From the IMG/VR virus record IMGVR_UViG_3300044838_000066, positions 1 to 50,132 of that record: a DNA stretch of 50,132 nt; one strand, given 5' to 3'. The DNA comes from a virus. Its lineage: Duplodnaviria; Caudoviricetes. The first letter of the stretch is position 1, and every line of letters begins with the position of its first letter. A program made the position numbers and the translations under genes. The notes under the pieces are model-generated. The model saw nothing but the letters and a program-made list of their open reading frames with translations, made no database searches and had not been told where the DNA came from. Shown in pieces: positions 46,032 through 50,132 of this stretch.

Positions 46032-46225
46032 TGAATATCAACGAGAAAATCAACAGCGCAAAGGCATACATGGATACGCTCACGCAGCAGGTCAGGAGCC
46101 TAGAGGCGGAGTCTGCTGGGATCGCGCAACGGCTGAAAGTGATTCTCTTTTCCCTTGCGCGCGTAGAAGGCGGCATCATCGCGCTCGAAGAGTTGAAGGC
46201 CGATCTGGATAAAGAGGTCATTTAA
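46028..46225 (+). CDS. Small coiled-coil protein
   Basis: Heptad pattern; coupled to neighbours. Confidence 0.6.
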   Translation: MMNINEKINSAKAYMDTLTQQVRSLEAESAGIAQRLKVILFSLARVEGGIIALEELKADLDKEVI

Positions 46226-47397
46226 TGTCATTGTACGCTTTTGCAAATAATGTTAAGACCACCTTAGCGGGAGCGATTAGCTCAACGGCGACGACGATCA
46301 CGCTCGCATCGTCCGCGAACTTTCCCACGATCCCCGCAGGGTACGTATGGGCCGTAACACTTAACGACCTCGCAACGCAAACGCTCTACGAAATCGTCTA
46401 TGTTACCGCGAACTCGGGAAGCAATTTGACATGCCTACGCGGGCAAGAAGGCACGAGTGCACGTGCTTGGAACGTCGGGGACATCGTTTTCGCTGCCGAC
46501 ACCGCGGGCATTCTTTCCTCATTCGTAAACCAAACGCAACTCGCAAATACCGTCCAACTGAATCCCGCTTCTCAGCAGAGCGGATCGATCAATATCTCCG
46601 GCTCCGCGTCCTTTGGCGCGAACGTCGCGGCGAATGGAAACCTATCTCTCGGCGGCGCGATCACGAATGCAACGACGGGAAACTTCAGCGGGCAAACAAC
46701 GGCACTCAGCTTCTTCGCATCGCAACCGTACACGAATCGCACGATAGCGGGCCTGCATATTGGATTCTTCGGCGGCGCATCGTACACGGGACTAGGTCCT
46801 TCGATCGGCCTATCGTCTCGCGGTATCACCGCCAGTATGCTTGCGATCGGATCCGTGGGAACCGGCGCGCTCGTCGCGATCGACACGAGCGGCAACGTCG
46901 CCGCATCGGGTAGTTTTTACGGGCAGAATGGAGCATTCAGCGGCGCGGTCTTCCAGGGTAGCGATCAAGTCGTAAGCACGCTTACATCTTCAACTTTGTC
47001 TCTGTCGAAAAGTGGCGGTAATTATGCAATTAACTATACGCCTCCGTCGCAGTTTCCCGTAGGCACGACGTTCATAAACGACGGCAACGGCGGCAACCCA
47101 TCGTTTTCAATTCCCAATTATGGACAGTGGTTCATCGAGGTCTTCTACGGCGTGCAAGAGACGAGCAACACGAACATGACCATCACGCTCGCGCTCATCG
47201 GCGGAACGATGACGGGCGGGTTCTTGACGAACGCAAACGGGCATACCGCCTTCAATGCCGAGAGCATCATCATGGTGTATGGCAAGGGGCGCACAACGGC
47301 AAACAATCAAACGGTGACGTTCGCCTTGACGGCGACCGGCGGTTCATTCGATCCCTCGAATCAGCCTTGGACGGTGCGTGCAACGCGCTATAACTAG
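46225..47397 (+). CDS. Tail fibre protein
   Basis: FANN..TTLAGAI, EIVYVT...LT..RGQEGT.ARAW N-terminal fibre-anchor motif. Confidence 0.85.
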   Translation: MSLYAFANNVKTTLAGAISSTATTITLASSANFPTIPAGYVWAVTLNDLATQTLYEIVYVTANSGSNLTCLRGQEGTSARAWNVGDIVFAADTAGILSSFVNQTQLANTVQLNPASQQSGSINISGSASFGANVAANGNLSLGGAITNATTGNFSGQTTALSFFASQPYTNRTIAGLHIGFFGGASYTGLGPSIGLSSRGITASMLAIGSVGTGALVAIDTSGNVAASGSFYGQNGAFSGAVFQGSDQVVSTLTSSTLSLSKSGGNYAINYTPPSQFPVGTTFINDGNGGNPSFSIPNYGQWFIEVFYGVQETSNTNMTITLALIGGTMTGGFLTNANGHTAFNAESIIMVYGKGRTTANNQTVTFALTATGGSFDPSNQPWTVRATRYN

Positions 47398-48254
47398 ATG
47401 AGCGTGAGGTGCCGTTCGAGGTCGAAAACGGCGGCTTCAAGGTTCGCCTTGGATTGATCGAAGTAGGACTTCTTGAGTTCTATGCCGACGAATTGGCGCT
47501 TTTCTTCGATTGCGACGACGCCTTCCGAACCGATTCCCATGAACGGGGAAAGCACGAGGTCGCCGGGATTCGACCATAGCCGGATACCGCGCCGGATGAC
47601 TTCTAACTGCAACGGGCAAATGTGACGTTCGTCTGCGTCTTCGCGTACGCTACGATGCTGCAATGTTTCGCTTGGGTTTATATCCATCCATATGGGAGAA
47701 GCCCACTGCTGCCACATTTCAACAGGGAATGATTCATTAGAATGCGTTACGGGTTCTAGGTTTTTTCCCGGCTTGCGCATCGTTACGAGATAATCCGGGA
47801 TACCTTGGCGACTCATGCACGAATCTTTCTTGAGTTGTTTATGCAATAAGCCGATTGCTTTCGTTCGTTGCATGGCGGTAACAGGGTCTTTCCATATCGT
47901 AACCGATGAATGAAAAATGAACCCAACATCTTGAAACGCACGAATCAAGAGTCCGCGAAAATCCGTTAAGCCGATTACGCCGTCGCGGAATTTACTCATC
48001 GGTAAATCCATGCAATGAAAACTCAGGTTTCTTCCCGGCTTCATAACGCGGAATAATGAGGGAACGAGGAATGAAAAATGCTCGTGAAACTCCTCATGCG
48101 TCGCGCAGTTTCCCATGTCATGCTCAACGGGAGAATATGTGTAGAGGCTGGCGAAAGGCGGAGAAAAAATTGAGTAGTGTATGGATTCGTCTGCAATATT
48201 GTTTATTTCAGTCACGCAGTCACCGTGATATATGCGAAAGTGATCTGCGCTCAT
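47394..48254 (-). CDS. DNA methyltransferase (N4-C/N6-A, beta class)
   Basis: SPPF catalytic motif precedes the PFMGIGS SAM-binding motif; start reassigned by ATGA overlap. Confidence 0.92.
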   Translation of the reverse strand: MSADHFRIYHGDCVTEINNIADESIHYSIFSPPFASLYTYSPVEHDMGNCATHEEFHEHFSFLVPSLFRVMKPGRNLSFHCMDLPMSKFRDGVIGLTDFRGLLIRAFQDVGFIFHSSVTIWKDPVTAMQRTKAIGLLHKQLKKDSCMSRQGIPDYLVTMRKPGKNLEPVTHSNESFPVEMWQQWASPIWMDINPSETLQHRSVREDADERHICPLQLEVIRRGIRLWSNPGDLVLSPFMGIGSEGVVAIEEKRQFVGIELKKSYFDQSKANLEAAVFDLERHLTLI

Positions 48255-49561
48255 ACGATCTCTTTCGTCGCGGATACCATTGCCGCAGCCATAGCTTCCG
48301 CGTCCTGTTGTTTTCGTTTCAGGTTCAAGATAATCTCTCCCTCGAATTCGGATGTTACGATATGCACGTTGACGGGATGCTGCTGACCGAATCTCCAACA
48401 TCGTCTTACGGATTGATAGTATGCCTCGAATGAATGGCTAATTCCGCAAAAGATTACATCATGGCAGCACTGTAAGTTCAAGCCGAATCCCATAATACTC
48501 GACTTGCTTATGATAACGCGAATACTTCCGTCAAGAAATCCCGTGATCGCATTCTCTTTATGTTCATCATCATCTGCGCCTGATACTTGCACCGCATCGG
48601 GAATCGCTTTTTCGAGTGCATCTCCTTCCGTGTTGAGCCCGCACCATACGAGAACTTGTCCTTCAATCGTTGCCGCAATCTCCGCGCACTTCGCAACGCG
48701 CGCATCAATCGTGCTTCGCCGCACATCGCGCTGATCGGATAGCGTCTTCGCAAATTCAGGGATGAGAACGCCGGAAGCGTGAATCTCTTCTTGCGATGCT
48801 GGGATGACATGATGATGATAGTGAAGCGGCGTGAGAATATACCCGTCGTCCTTGTAATCTCCGATGTCCGATGGCAATCGCGCAGTGATCGCCCAGGACG
48901 ATACCCATTTCCAGAAATCCTTTTGCGCGTGCCATTTTAATCTCCAGTCGCCTGTATGCGTCATGTCGTTTATGAAATACATGGAGAGCATTTCCGTCTG
49001 CGTCATAACGCCGAGAAACTGCGCGTGATTGCCTAGCTCGACGTAATCGTTCGGCGCAGGCGTTGCCGTAAGCGCTAATCGCCACGGGGTATGGGAGAAT
49101 GCTTCGATGATTGCGCATCGTGTTTTCGAGTCAAAGGACTTGAGGATGCTGCTCTCGTCGATAGCAACGCCCGCGAATTGCGTCGGATCGAATTTATGAA
49201 GCTTCTGATAGTTCGTTATGTTTATGCCGTTTACGACTTGGGAATCGTCGGCGGCGATGTTCACCGGAACACTGAGCTTCTTGGATTCCTTGACGAATTG
49301 GTGCGATACGGCAAGCGGCGCGAGAAGGAGAACGGGCTTATTTTCCAATCTGTGAACATGCCGAAGCCATTCAAGCGCGATGAATCCTTTCCCAAGGCCT
49401 GTATCGAAAAAGCAAGCGCATTGTCCGCGCTCTAACGCATTGAGAACGGTATCTTTCTGGAACTCGAACAGCATCGGGCTAATCGAATCGCGCGGAACGA
49501 TCTTGCCATGAGAGCGAGCGCGCCGTGTTTTCGACGCAAGAAACTCCGCATACGCCGTCAT
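48251..49561 (-). CDS. SNF2-like superfamily 2 helicase
   Basis: DTGLGK, DESS, TATP, GLNLQ and QSVRRCWRFGQ motifs. Confidence 0.92.
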   Translation of the reverse strand: MTAYAEFLASKTRRARSHGKIVPRDSISPMLFEFQKDTVLNALERGQCACFFDTGLGKGFIALEWLRHVHRLENKPVLLLAPLAVSHQFVKESKKLSVPVNIAADDSQVVNGINITNYQKLHKFDPTQFAGVAIDESSILKSFDSKTRCAIIEAFSHTPWRLALTATPAPNDYVELGNHAQFLGVMTQTEMLSMYFINDMTHTGDWRLKWHAQKDFWKWVSSWAITARLPSDIGDYKDDGYILTPLHYHHHVIPASQEEIHASGVLIPEFAKTLSDQRDVRRSTIDARVAKCAEIAATIEGQVLVWCGLNTEGDALEKAIPDAVQVSGADDDEHKENAITGFLDGSIRVIISKSSIMGFGLNLQCCHDVIFCGISHSFEAYYQSVRRCWRFGQQHPVNVHIVTSEFEGEIILNLKRKQQDAEAMAAAMVSATKEIV

Positions 49562-49803
49562 ACGCGCGGAAGCTTGGGATCGTACCCGATGAGCATGTTG
49601 CGCCGTGCGATGATCGCATTCACGATATTCTGCGCGAACGCTACGTTATGCTTATGCGTGGGATGTGATCCGACTAGATTCATGATTTCCGCGCCGATGA
49701 GAAATAGGTCCTTCGTCGTTTGCGCCGCTTCAATGCGGGCGAGGAGTGCCGAGTCTATATCGGTCATTTCACGGATTCCCAGTTGCCTCGCAGGCAACGG
49801 CAT
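49558..49803 (-). CDS. Hypothetical protein
   Basis: ATGA overlap with the helicase; start uncertain. Confidence 0.6.
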   Translation of the reverse strand: MPLPARQLGIREMTDIDSALLARIEAAQTTKDLFLIGAEIMNLVGSHPTHKHNVAFAQNIVNAIIARRNMLIGYDPKLPRV

Positions 49804-50012
49804 TGCCTATGCGCGCGTACCATATTTCCGCACGACGGGCATTTTTCGACTTTTAGTTCATCGGCGATAACCTGCGCATAGAACGCGGTTAGCTTGTCGA
49901 TCATTTCCGGCGGCAACGTCGCGAGATCGTGCTCCGCTTCGTTGAGGAGTTGGGGCGCAATGCCGACGTGACGCGCCGCTATGCGTTGTGATATGTTCGC
50001 CGCCACGCGAGC

Positions 50013-50132
<120 letters not shown>

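Overview
The window appears to be a complete, circularly assembled genome of a tailed dsDNA phage of about 50.0 kb; bases 1-107 recur at 50013-50119. The early region has a leftward arm (HTH, SNF2-like helicase, DNA methyltransferase, Gly-X repeat protein) diverging from a rightward arm (Cro/CI-like HTH, RecT-like, YqaJ, iteron-bearing initiator, DnaC-like loader, many small Cys/His proteins, KGG-repeat protein, RusA-like). An inverted lysis block follows. The late region is myovirus-type: TerS, TerL, portal, head morphogenesis protein, DUF2213-like protease/scaffold, capsid, neck, repeat-fibre block, sheath, tube, chaperone, tape measure with SLT domain, baseplate and fibre. I saw no integrase, tRNA, CRISPR array or reverse transcriptase. 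The most unusual observations are (1) a ~620-nt non-coding, densely base-paired region before the tape measure gene (candidate new ncRNA), (2) a second iteron-containing initiator cassette within the structural genes, (3) a recurring short antisense-RNA architecture, covering the RBS at both replication loci, and (4) candidate recoding events (-1 and +1 frameshifts, an ATC start). All family assignments come from motif recognition and synteny by eye, not from database searches.
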